From Auanema rhodensis (taxonomy: Eukaryota > Animalia > Nematoda), in contig OZ059897.1 in the NCBI GenBank assembly GCA_964057225.1, positions 16,058,001 through 16,122,000 of the forward strand: 64,000 nucleotides of DNA, in the 5' to 3' direction. The stretch's first letter is position 1. Each line of letters opens with the position of its first letter. Shown piece after piece: positions 14,513 through 28,034 of this stretch. The notes under the pieces are model-generated. The model was not told the origin of the DNA and made no database searches. It worked only from the letters and a program-made list of their open reading frames with translations. Both the position numbers and the translations under genes were made by a program.

Positions 14513-17500
14513 ATGTACTGCAAATGGACTGCTGTATGTGTAGCCGTACCAAACAAAGAAATTAATAATCTTATAGAAAAGGGTAATTTAATCTTTTTTT
14601 TTTCTCACCTAATTTATTTATCTCTTTTTTTTTTACTTTTTTTAGTATAATAATTGTAAAAAAATTAATATTTCTCTCTTTAATTACTTTTTTTGACTTA
14701 TATTTTTTTTTGCTACTTAGAGTTTGAACTTTTACGTCAGTTGGACCAGTTACAAACTGATGAACTTGTAATCGTTGAAGATGCATGTCAAGATGTTGGA
14801 TCTGCCGGCAGTGCATTGAATGCTCTTCTGATTACGGTAGCATGATTTACTTGTATAGTACATCTTGAAGATTTTTTCATCTTTATTTTTAAAAATATTG
14901 TTGTAAAAGGTAGAACGATTATGTGCTCGGCGTGGTTATCAAGTTCTACACGAAAATGTTTTGGAAACTTCGAAAATTTTAATTATTTTATTAGTATGAG
15001 TATGTTGTTTGATATTATATTGAAAATTATTTATTAGGGTCATGAATCTAATGCTTTCAAACCATTATCTGATCCAGCTGTCTGGTCAACGTCACCAAAT
15101 ACCGTAATCTGTAAAATTATTAAAAATATTACAATGTTTGCAAGGAATACAATTAATGGTGTATGGATAACAGGTACATATTTAATATTTAATTATAAAA
15201 TAATTTAATTAATTTGTAGGAACAAATTCAATTTTTACTTTGAATGAACCATTACCAAACATTGTTGTTGAGCCAGATCACATAACAGCTTTTTCATTTA
15301 AAGGGGATACCCTATTAGCTAAAACACATGGTTCATATATATTGGATGAGCAAGTATGTTAATCGAATATCTTATAATTCTTCTTTTTTTTTCTACTAAG
15401 GGAAAATTTAAAAGTCTTTCTTATTGTATATCTGATGATGAAAAAACTAAAGAATATAATATAACTCTTGGATTATTATATTTTCCACCAATGATATCAA
15501 TTGCATTTCTTCGTTTACATTCATATCCACCTATATCAGCAACAACATATCATGGCATTGATACAGGTACAATAGGAATGAAGGTAAATATTAAAATATT
15601 GATTTTAATAAAAATATTATTGATTGATATTAAGCTTTCATTATTTTTTGATTTGGTTCAATCATCTGTTTTGAATGAACAAGAATTCATGAAAAATGAT
15701 TTTGGTTTATGTAAAATAGAACGAAATATCGAAAATCGTCGTCTAGCACGAGGCATTATTCATAAGAAATTTTGTAATTTTCATTCTAAAATAGGTAAAA
15801 GGTTATGCATTTATATGAGATTTTTAACATAAATGTTGTTCTTAGTTTGTTTGGATATCAAAAATTATGAATATTTAATGGATGATAATGATATTCATGT
15901 TGAAACTGATGATAATAGGTTTAGATATTCATGTGTGGTGTTTCAAATATTTTTATATTTTTATAGGAAAAAATGGATGAAATCATTAATAACGAAAATA
16001 GCAGATTATGAAAAACCATGTGAATCATTAATGGAAATTATATTAAAGATTGATATAATCTTTGATTCAAAATATTTATCAAGTGTTATTGAAGCTTTGA
16101 AGACATCACTTGCACAAGGTTTGTTCATTTGATCGGAAATTGAAATTAGATGAAAGTAGCTTATATTGAAGAAAGTATAATTCAGCATTATGCTCACACG
16201 CTCTATGTACTATTTTTAAAGATTCGAAATAGTTATTGGGCTTGAACTTTTGAAATTGCTTAGTTTTCAACAAACGAGGCTATTTTTTATTGAATTTTGG
16301 ATAAGAGAGAAAGATTGCCTAGTGTTACTATTGAAAAGGGTAGGATAATATATAAAATAATACTTGATGAACTCGAAGGTTTCTTTGAATTTTTCATACA
16401 ATTGAAAAAAAAGGAAAATATAAGGTCCCGGGGAGATTTGAACTCCCGTCGCAGGATTCAGAGTCCTGAGTGCTAACCGCTACACCACGGGACCAGCCGA
16501 GAGCGAGACCATCCTGTCAAGCCCTTTTTCTCGATATCAGCACTGTAAGACATGAATAAACTACTTGACTAGTGCTTCTGTCTAAATAAATTGAAAAGAA
16601 GTACACTGATTTTTGAAATATAACAGTACAAGTTCAGGAAATCCTTCTGATACTATGAAATTAGCTTGTACATTTTCAAGAATGGCTGATTTGATGATGG
16701 TCAAATCAAAAGGAGATGGAGGAATAAAATCTGGGCCTGCTGCAAATCCTGACTTCTCTGAATATTTTCATCAAATTCGAACAGTAAATTATTTATTTAT
16801 ATTTATATAAAGTATCATAGTTAGTTATTTTAAAAAATATATGATTTATAGGCTGAAAATGAGGTTGAATTACAAGATGTTTGTAAACGATTATTCGATT
16901 TTTTGCATAGCAATTGGTTCAGTTCACCGATATTACTAGTTCGAGGTTCTCGACATTCTGATGCTGCTGTTCAATTGTTAATTAGCCGCTTGGTTTTAAA
17001 TGAATATAAGGTGAATATTAATTAGTAATTTATTAAAATTATATTTAGTCTGTATGTAATTATCCCAGTGTTATGGATTCAGAAACATCAAAATCTGAAA
17101 ATTTACCAGAGAATGTTCGCGTAAATGGAGCAGCTAGAGTGACTAATCTTTATGAATATTTTGATTAAGATATATATATTTAGATTGACCTATGTGGTGG
17201 ATGGTTAGATACCCCACCAATAACTTTTATGGTTAATAACCCAGCTGTTATTAACATGGCTGTTTTATTTGAAAATCAAGTATACTCAATATAGAGAGGT
17301 ACAGAAATATTTATGTTTTTTTTAGCATCCACTTCATTGTTTTGTACAAAGATTTTCAATTGGAATTGGTATCGAAATAATAGTAGAAGGAATGAATATA
17401 CATTTGCATGATGCTGATCATATCTTACAATTAGCCAGACAACCAACACAAGCTGGTCAGTATTTGTTCAAGTTTATATTTTAGGAATTAAGTTGTTCAG

Positions 17501-18710
17501 GTTCCTTAATATGTGCTTGTATAGTTGCCATAGGCCTTATTACTTCATCTACAAACTGTGTAAAAGAAAGAATTGAATGCTTTTATTCATGTACCAAATT
17601 AGTAATTGAATGTGGATCTATATTAGCTCATGGTTCAGGTATTCATATTTTTCGATTTGTTGAACTGATAAAAACTTTTTTTTTCAACAGGAATGGGAAC
17701 TTCTTCAATACTAGCTGCTTGTATTGTTCGAGCATTATTGGAAGCAGCTGGATTCACAAACTTAGGAAATAAAAAAATTGTTTATATTGTAATATAATAT
17801 ATATTAGAAAATATATTTTGTCATAATATATAACTTAGGTATTATATGTTGAGCAAATCTTGACTACTGGTGGTGGATGGCAAGATCAAGTTGGTGGCAT
17901 ATATCCTGGAATCAAATATAGTTTGTATTATTTTTGAAAATTTTTATTCATTTTTATATGAAGGTATATTGAAAAAAAAAGAATTTTCTGTTCAAAACCT
18001 TCAAATATCTCCTAAATTAGAAGAAGAAATAAATAGACGATTAGTTCTTATTCATACTGGAAACACACGTCTTGCAAAAAATTTACTTCAGGTTAGAGAA
18101 TTTTTTGCTAGTTTATATTTGACATAAAAATAATTATTTATTTTGGATAATTTTATTTAAGGAAGTTATTCGAGGCTGGTATTCCGGTAGTCATGTACGC
18201 CTATACTTAAATGAACTACAAAGTATAATTCCTAAGTTTGAAGAAGAACTTGTTAAGAATGGTAAAATTTTAGTTCTTTTACTATATTCGACAATATATG
18301 TTCGTTAGGACGTTTTCCCACTGAGTTAGTCGAAAAATATTTTTTCATCAAGAAGCAGCTTGCACCTGGTTGTGTCCCTAATGCAGTAGCTGAGCTAATT
18401 GATATCCTTGAGAAGTTAGTTCAGTTTTTTTGTGAATGTTGGAGTTACTTATTCAATTTGATTTTGAAAATATGTTTTTATTATATACATGGAAATGCCA
18501 ATTTTTAGAAATAAGATATCAAAAACATGTTGGTTTGCTGGAGCTGGTGGAGGAGGATATTTATGTGTTTGGTTATCAGAAAATATGAAAATTCAAAATG
18601 TTAAGGATTTATTTGAAAATCTTAATTTAGTTAATTTTGAAGTATTTAACTGCAAATTATCATATGAACCTATAACATATCAGTATAATATATCAAACAG
18701 TAATGAATAA
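14513..18710 (+). CDS. FCSK: L-fucose kinase (FCSK/FUK; N-terminal fucokinase/pyrophosphorylase-like region plus GHMP kinase domain), multi-exon
   Basis: Spliced N-terminus [13 protein letters not shown]...[25 protein letters not shown] matches the FUK N-terminal motif. Also [62 protein letters not shown] and GAGGGGY; stop at 18710. Confidence 0.93.
16423..16494 (-). tRNA. trnQ-CTG: tRNA-Gln (anticodon CTG), antisense inside the largest intron of the fucokinase gene
   Basis: GGTCCCGTGGTGTAGCGGTTAGCACTCAGGACTCTGAATCCTGCGACGGGAGTTCAAATCTCCCCGGGACCT (72 nt). It has a perfect 7-bp acceptor stem, anticodon arm CAGGA-CTCTGAA-TCCTG and T arm GGGAG-TTCAAAT-CTCCC, followed by T-run terminators. Confidence 0.97.
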
Positions 18711-19024
18711 ATAACATTTTTTTAAATTTATTATACTAAACAGATTCATTCATTCATTTTTGTTTTGGGGATTTTTAGCTAATTCTAGAAACTTGCTTAA
18801 AATCGAAATGAAACTTCTATCAATATCTTATTTAAAACTTAAAAGATGATCAAAAGCTTCATCTATTATTAGATTTCACTTAACAATTCCTTGATTTTTT
18901 TTTATTTAAAAACCATTTATTCATAAAAAAAAATTAAATATAATTAGAGATCTATAGTAATTATTGTCATTATTATTATTAATAATATAAATTAACCTGG
19001 TCATTTTTATAATACTCTACTAAC

Positions 19025-21070
19025 TTATAATACTTTTTGTAAACGCTGCATTTTCTTATCCGTTAATGTACCGTAAAATCTATTCCGTATTCCAGATTCA
19101 TTCTAAATAAAATATTATTTTTATATATTATTTTTTTTTTATATTTACCGTATTCTTTTTAGCTTTTAATATTAGTTCATCTACAACTTCATGAACTTCT
19201 CGACCCATGGTTTCCGGTAAATTAAAATACAAATATATCAATGATATACATGATGGAATTATAAAAAGTGGTATGAATGACCAAGCCTATAACAATATTT
19301 GTTTGTTTTTTAATGAAAAAAACTATTAAATAACCTTATAGAAAGTATATGCTGGAAGAGTAGCAAATGAAAAAACAAAGTTTGAAACCGTATTCACAGC
19401 AAAGACCATTGATTGTACCAGTGAACGATATTTTTGTGCAACCATTTCAGAAGTAATAAAGAAAGCTATAGGACCAAGACCAATTCTAAATATAAAAATA
19501 GAAAATTTCTAAAAATTCTACTCTATATACCCATATGTTATTCCAAATAAGATTAAAGATGCAATAGATCCCCATCGAAACTCATGTACCAGATAAGTAA
19601 AACTATCAAATAATATAAAAAGTATTAACGAAAATGTATTTGCTACACCAAGAACAAGAATCATTCGTCGTCGTCCAAATCTAAAAACAAAGAGAAACAT
19701 TTATTTTGATTAAAATTATTCTATTTCTACCGTTCTATTATACCCATTCCAACAACTCCAGCAATGAAATTAGAAACAATGAAGGCTAAAGAAGCCCATT
19801 GTGATGCTTTTTGAGTAAAGTTTGATTCCAAAATATCAGTAGAAAGATAGATAATAGGCCAAATACCAACAACAACCTTATAATTTTCTTTTTTATACTT
19901 TAGTTAAATATCTAAATATACCTGAAGACATAAGCATCCACAGAAAAATGGTGTACGAAGATGGTTTTCACGAAATACTGTCTTGATACATGTTAGTATT
20001 GATTCTGAAGCTTTTTCATCTTTATTCTCAAGCATCATATCATTAAGTGTTTCCTCGTTGTTATGCAATGAACCTAATAGAAAATCTCAATGTTTTAACA
20101 TGAATTCTAGCGTAGTTTAATGAAAACCTTGATAATATTCTAAGGCTTCTAGTGCAGCTTTTCGATTATCCTTTTTCAAAAGTAAAAACTTTGGTGTTTC
20201 CTTCAATGGAATAGTCATGATAATGGCTATTGTTGCAGGAATACATGAAAAACCTGCAAGTTTTGTTTGTTAATTATAATATCTTGAAGGAAAACAGATA
20301 TACCTGTTAAGGCCGGTAAATTTTTTCCAAAAATAATGTCCATTCCAAATAATATTCCAAGCACAGTTGAGCCAATGAAACAAGTCTCCGAAAGAAATGA
20401 TGCCATTCCACGATACTCTGTAGGAGTTGCTTCCTGAGAATATAACAAAAGTTAAATTTAATCTAATTTTAACATGAAATACGACTAATACCTGAAGAAA
20501 TAGAATTAAAGCACCAAATGATATTCCTGAACTAGTTGAAGCAATTATACGAGAAAAGAGGAATAGTTCTGGTATTTTAACAATAACACTCAAGACAGAT
20601 AACATAGCTCCAACTAATGCCACTATATTTGCTATTAGTAATGTTGCTTAAATTGAATTTATATGTGGAAATTAGTCATATTCTTACGTTTTCTTCCATA
20701 ATTTTCTGTATAATACGGTGTTACAAACGTTCCTATCAGATAACCAAAGAACCAAATATTCAATATTGCCGACCAGTACCAAGTAAAGGCAGAATCAGAT
20801 ATGCCAGACTGGAAGAAACAAAAAGTTTTACTTTTAAATTATTTCATCAATTCTATTACTGTTACTCCTCTTCCTATATAGGATTCATTGATCATTTTTC
20901 GAAATGATTGTATAGAAGTATTAGGATATGAATTAGCATATCCTTCCTAAAATAAAAATAATTTGAAAATCTATTTAATCTTCTTGTAAACATACTGGAA
21001 AATTGACCATGGCCGAAAGAGAAGCAAAAACGAATAAGCAATAGCATCTACGTCCTCGTGGTGCAAGCAT
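19025..21070 (-). CDS. MFS sugar porter (GLUT/SLC2-like facilitated hexose transporter), multi-exon
   Basis: MLAPRGRRCY...MVNFPEGYANSYPNT, YGRK and FGRRR loop motifs, LQEATPTEYRG, KETPKFLL, GLGPIAFFITSEM and LPETMGR. Hydrophobic segments throughout; stop TAA at 19025-19027. Confidence 0.92.
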
Positions 21071-22032
21071 TATTCAGATAGTTTTGTGAGAATATTATCA
21101 GAGAAACAAATAGATTCCAACAAAATAAGTGAATTTTAATTTTTTGTTTTAATTGTCAGTAAAAATATGAATATTGATAATCTTCAGAGCCATCCGGTAA
21201 TGGAACAGCTGAAATAGGAATATGTGAATTATAACTATACGATATAAAAATTTTATAGAATATTTATAAAAAAAGAAAAGAAAGATAGATCATAGATATT
21301 AACGTTTTCATTCAATATCTGATAAGACGTATGGATTACGAGAATCTCAAATGAAGGTGTCTCTCACGATTTCGCTCTCTCTACCTCACTTGCAGTCTTT
21401 ATTTCAAATTCGTCTTCTATCTATCTTTTTTTTCTAAGAAAAACAATGAAGAACAACAGCATGAAAAAAGTAAAATAATAATAAAAAAAAGAAGATGAAA
21501 ATGACGTCAAGAAATTGAACATGTGACAAAAGGAAAAATCAGCTGAACAAGTGTCTTGTAACTCCTACTCAAATGTTCTTATCCTCATTCTCGTTAGTGA
21601 CAATTTACACTTTTCATTCAATTTCCTTCAAAAAAAAATGCGGAAAAAGCAATGAAGTCAGAAGAGATATACGTGAGAAAGTGAACGATTCAAATGGATG
21701 AATTGTGACAACTAATAGAATTTCAAGCAGTATTAAAACATAATAAGATAACTGGTAATCGAAGAAAATAGTAGAAAAGGGGGCAAAGAGACTAAAAGGT
21801 GAAATAATGAGCAAGCAAGGGCATAGGATGAAGATTAGAGAGACTAGCACAGAGCAACAGGCTCGGATGATTGTTGGAAAGAGAAAAGTAGTAGGATCCA
21901 AAGAGAAAATGAGTGAGAAAAAATGAAAGAAAAAAAGAATAAATGCAGAAACGGGTTAGTTAATAAGAGTTTATATTGAATTATCACAAATCAATATTAT
22001 AAAATACAACTAATATAATATATATTATAATC

Positions 22033-22068
<36 letters not shown>

Positions 22069-23833
22069 ATATAATTTATATTTCAAATATGTAGTTTGTA
22101 TTATATTAGATGATTCAAACTTTAAAGTATAATATATTTTAATGAATTCGATATTGTGTTAATAGTAAAATGTACTTGAATCGCGATATTTGGTTGCCAT
22201 GGAGAAAAAAAAAAGAAAACATACAAATGATTTCATTAAAACAAACGAAAAATTTAAATAAATCAGAAAACAAAATATAAAGAATTTACTCTGAAAACAT
22301 TTTTAGAAAAGATAAAATTAATCCTGAACGACAACCACAGCGACTTTAAATATTTTAAATTGATGTTTCTACGGTTGAAAACAAACAAATTGGCAAATTG
22401 TATCTGTTCTTTGAGAGTAAAAAAGAAGAAAGTAGTAAGAAACTACGAGCTAACAACTGTTTGCTAAGGGAAAAAATATTATTCTCATTCAATTTCTTTA
22501 GAAGATCAAAATTAAATTGAAATATATATATATAAGCATATTTTAATATAATTTATATGTTAACTCTTATTAGTTATACATAATTTATAGTATTAAATAA
22601 GTTTAAAGTTAAAAAATATTATTAAAAATATATTAAGCAATACATCATAGGAGTTATGTTTAAAAAAATATTAAATTTTCAATATTAAATACATAATTTT
22701 ACGACGAATATTCCATTTTTGCAAGTGATACCTTACCCCCTATACTAGTAGCACTTAATTCTCGGAAATAGCGAGCAGAAGAGTAAGTTGTAAGATGATG
22801 ATTGAGGAAATGAAAAGATTTTTTAAGTCATTAACATAACATATTTTCTGAGAAAAGCTCAATGTGGAAGAAAAATGCGATAGAAGGAATGAGTAAGTGT
22901 TATAGCATGACAGTGTTGGAAGTACATATTATGATGAGCTGAAATGCTCATAACAACAGTCTTCCAGGTCTACTACTAATGTTGTTACTGCTCTAGTTAA
23001 GACATTCTTCTAAAAACCTTTGTTATGAACAAGGTGACGAAGCATTTTGTGCATTTCAGCTCAAAATGCAAATACACCAAAAAACGAAGAAGACGATGAG
23101 GTAGAAGAAGAAGAAGAAGAACTAGAAAGTTAATTTATATTTGCTATTTCATTTGTGAGTTGAACAGAGCAAAAAACAGAAAAAAAAACAAAAAAAAGAA
23201 TAAAAAAATAAACGAATAAGAAGTTAGAAGAAAGTTCAAGAACAAATTTATCAAAGTTAATATTTCTTCTGTTCAACTTTAGAACTTGAGTAGAGAATAA
23301 AATGTCGAAAAAAGAAGAAGAAAATCTATTAGTATAGTAATAAATACTATGCGAGAATGAAAAATAAAATTAAAAAACCCAAACAAAGAAGAAAAGAAGG
23401 AAAATGAATGAATAAATCCTTTTAGACATTGTAGAAAACCAAAAGGAAATATAATAAATATATGAATAAAATATAAAATGAAAAAAAAAAAGAAAAGTAT
23501 TTATTTAGAATATGTCATCGTATTTTAAATATATATTTTATAAATTCTACTTTATTAAGCTTATTCATATAAATATTATAATTTATAAATCAAGATACGA
23601 GGATAAAAGTAATATTTCAGCGAAAATTTCTTTATTTCATTATGCATACATACATATGTGAGTTGGCTTCTTCTAAACGAGCACATGGTAATGGTGACTC
23701 TCTTTTTCCCTCTCTCTCTCTTTCTGCTTATTCTCTTTCTTCTCACAATCTCATTTTCTCAGCTCTTTATACTTCTAAATTTATGTTTTCCTTTCACTAC
23801 ATATCGCTATCCCCTCCCCTTTTTCTCTCCCCT

Positions 23834-23835
<2 letters not shown>

Positions 23836-23880
<45 letters not shown>
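23836..23880. repeat. (CT)n microsatellite
   Basis: Perfect CT run. Confidence 0.95.
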
Positions 23881-23885
<5 letters not shown>

Positions 23886-25421
23886 CTTTTATCTTTATAT
23901 ATCTACTTTTATTAATTTTCTTCCGTTTTTATATTCAAATATAATTTGTAAACATATTTTATCATTCTCTTTAAAAAATAATACAATACTATCTTCTAGT
24001 TATCCATATGTTGTTGTAAAACTTTCGTTTATAAAAGAGAGAAAAATATATCAAAGACAAATTGTTCATATGTTATTCAAAACTTAATACAAAGAATAAT
24101 TTTTTTTTGTTTTGTGAGGATGTGAAAAATTGTATCAACAAATAATACATATATATATATAGATAGATAGATAGATAGATATGTATATTATATGAATAGT
24201 ATAGTATATCATTTTGATAAAAAAGAATGATAGAGACATATGAATGAAGATAAGTAAAATAATTATAAAATAATTTAAACATTTAATAAAAATAATAATA
24301 TTTATATATTTCATAACCTATTTTATAATCCTATAATTGATATTTTAATTTTATTTTAATAAAATTTAAAAAGTTTATGTTAATAATCTACTGTATTAGT
24401 TTAACTATATCAATTTTTATCATTGAAATAATATATTTGTATTAAATTATTTGCTGAATACAATACAATTAATTAATAAAGTTTAAATTTTTTTTCACCA
24501 TTAACTAACGGAAATATGTTTTACAATACACATACAATATCCATTATATTTGAGTACTATTTTAATAATAAATAATAGATAGTTCGTTGTTTTGATTTGT
24601 TCATATTTAGAAAGAAATTGAGAAAATGTACATTTGATTTAAACGTGTATTTTATGAACTTTTGTAGAATATTACACATTTATAACATATTAATACATAC
24701 TATATATATATTCTTATTAATTATAAAATAGTATAATAGTATAATATTTAATCAAAGTTTAAATTTAATAAAATATAAAAAATATTGTTAGAAATGTTTT
24801 ACTTTATTCTTGTACTTAAAGAAATTTAGGCTTAAACAGTGTATTTATATTAAATTCACAGGAAATTATATATGCATATTTATATATTCTTAATAGTTTT
24901 AATAATAAAAATTAAAAAATAAAAGAAGAAAATCAAAAAAAAAGCAGAAATTTTGTATCCAACTGCTTTCTGATAGATATTTATAGTTGTGATGCTAGCT
25001 AGCTGCTAAGATTCAAGATTTTTTTATATTTTTGCCAACACATTCCAATCTATCTATATGTTTCCTTGTATCTCAATCTTTATATTTCATTCTATATGTA
25101 TATTCCCAACAGACTTTCAGAACTCTTTTCTTTCTGAATATGGGTCGTCTTTCCTTAGACGTCCAGGACATCGTTGTTGTCTTTCTCTACTCTGATCTTT
25201 AAGCTATCTTTCAAAATGGTCATTGTCTCTCATAATCTCCTTCTATTGATCTTAAAGCCTTTGACGCACTTTTCAATACTGCGAAGCTCTTAGTCCGATT
25301 CGTTTTGTTCCTGAAGCTAATGCCCCCGGGCAATCTGTTCGCCATATCAGTTTTGAATTTCCCTACTAAACTGCTTTACATTTAAATCGGAAATACGATT
25401 CCTGGAGTACAACCTAACTTT

Positions 25422-28034
25422 ATGTATAAAGTTATTATTTCTTTATTCATTTTACAATTAGATCTAATAAGCTCAAGTGTTCATGAATATCGTCTTCTAC
25501 AATATCTCAAAGAAGTATGTGTGTTTTGAATTAATTATATATTATATTTCAATGTATTTTCTTTTAGAATTATAATCATTTTGAAAGACCTGTAGCAAAC
25601 AGTTCTAGCCCTCTAGATGTTAAAATTCGTCTATTTCTCAATCAGATTTTGGATGTTGTATGTTTTTTTTCCATATTTTGATTCTAAAAATAAATTTATT
25701 GAATAATTTTGTATTCAGGATGAGAAAAACCAAATAATGTCCATATTAGCGTATGTAGACTATGTAAGTTCGGAATTATATACTTTTTGAGTTAAAAATA
25801 TATATTTAGCATTGGTATGATTATAAACTTCATTGGGATCCTGATCAATTTGGTGGAATTCGAGATATTCGTTTTGCTGGAGAAAAGGATGCTCCATTTA
25901 AATTATGGAAACCAGATATTTTACTCTTTAATAGGTAATATAAAATTTATAATTAATAAATACTATATAATCAATAATATTAGTGTATCGGAAGTATTTG
26001 ATTCAACATATTCATCACGTTTTGTTGTTAATTATGATGGTCATGTTCAACAAAACCCTCCAGGAATTTTTAGATTTATTTGCAAAGTAAGATTTATATT
26101 TTATTTTAAATTTATTTATTATTTATAAACAGATTGATGTTACATATTATCCATTTGATAAGCAAACTTGTTATTTGAAAATGGGAAGTTGGACATATAG
26201 TGGTAATTATATAAATTTAGACTTTCTTCTTAAAGATATAACATGTAAGATTTTTTTATTTTGATTTATATTAATTTAATTTTTAAGCTATAACTGGTCA
26301 TCAAATAACAGCTAATAAAGTATTTAATTCGGATAACCCTGAGAGTTATTATGTGAATGAATCAATTGATTTACAAGTTTACATGAAAAATGGAGAATGG
26401 GATTTAATGAGTAAGTTCATATCATTTCAAACTTTATACTTTATATCAAAGTTTATATTTTGTTTTGAAACAATAATAGTTAATAATTCTTTAGATACGC
26501 CAGGTCGTCGTGTTGTTACATTCTTTGACAATGAATCCTATCATGAACTTTATTTTTATATTCGAATTCGAAGACGTACACTAGCATATGGTATTAATTT
26601 GATAATACCATCATTAGTTATATCAATGATGACCGTGCTTGGGTTTACATTACCTCCAGATGCTGGTGAAAAGATGACATTAGGTGATTTACGTACAAAT
26701 ACATATAATTAGCATAATACTATAACGTATGGGTATAAATTTCAAAATTCATCAGACTTCAAATTTTAAGTGAAAATTTCATTTTCAATTTTGATATCAG
26801 AATAATTGGTTGCATGTTCTTTATATTAATTTTTATCTTTTTAATTTTTTTTTTTTTTTTCAGAAACAACAATACTTCTTTCGGTTATTTTCTTTTTACA
26901 AATGGTTTCTAATATGAGTCCTCCACAATCAAAATCTTTACCCATATTAGGTAAGAAATGTATTTTTGATTCTCTAAGAGAAAGAAAATAATTCATTTCA
27001 GCAGCATTTTTTGCATGTTGTTTAATGGTTGTTTCATGCTCATGTGTTTTTACGGTTCTCTCATTAGCTCTCCACAATAGAAAAATGACTCCTATGGGTA
27101 CAAATGTAATGTTTTTTTGATTTTTTCAAATAATTAATTACAAGATATGTTTAGATGCGCAAAGTGTTTATTGAATGGTTACCATATATTTTAATGATGA
27201 AACGACCTGATCATCCACGAGCTCCTAAGCCTAAAGTAATAATTTTAAAATAAAAAAATATTATATTTGAAATTAAGACGATAAATCAATCTATTTTACC
27301 AATTCATCGATTATCGACATGTATACCTATGTTTGATTTACCTCGCCCATCAGTAACATCATCAGCAATCATGTGTTCAAAAAAGAATTTAGGTATAATT
27401 AAGATTTTAAAAGAAATATAAAAAAATTGATTACTTTTTCAGTGACAGATAATGAACGATATTTGAATGAATTTTGTGGATATTTATGTAATATTTCAAA
27501 AGATTTAGACAAACTACGTCAACGTATTGATGAAAAATATCAGCAAGAAATAGTATGTTTCCCTGATTTTCTTTCTAGCAACTTCATAATATGATTATAC
27601 GTATGTTTCTTTCTAACAAACTTAAGTAATATAGACAAAACAGTTATATGAGAGAACTAAAGTATTGTAGCAATTACCTTTTACCCTTTTGGTGTTTCGT
27701 TAACTCTTAAACCTTAAATCTTAAACAGAAAATTCTTTTAGATCTTTGGTTTCTGAATGTCTATTCATAATATTAAGCATAAACCATGCCATCGAACCAA
27801 TATAAACTTATCTAAAAAGTACAAGTAAAATCTAAAATAAGCAATAGTTATTTATGAAATAATCAATTATTTATAATATAATAATTATTTATTCATATTA
27901 ATTATAATTTATTACAGTTGGAATCTGAATGGAGATTTGCTTCAATGGTAGTTGATCGCATGTGTCTTTATCTTTTTTCATTATTTATAACTATATCTAC
28001 TTGTGGAATTATATTACCTAATATTATAGAGTAA
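25422..28034 (+). CDS. Nicotinic acetylcholine receptor subunit, ACR-16/alpha7-like group, non-alpha type (acr-9/acr-14/acr-25/eat-2-like)
   Basis: Signal peptide [18 protein letters not shown], then [28 protein letters not shown], Cys loop [27 protein letters not shown]1-M2 [18 protein letters not shown] and M4 [14 protein letters not shown]. Loop C (FFDNESY) lacks the vicinal cysteines. Confidence 0.93.

Noticed and set aside
16161-16339. Apparent extra exons with in-frame stops inside the fucokinase gene, suggesting a pseudogene or recoding
   Set aside because: A single intron at 16119-16637 restores a continuous FUK-like protein, so no recoding is needed. TAG, TAA and TGA all serve as normal stops elsewhere in the window.
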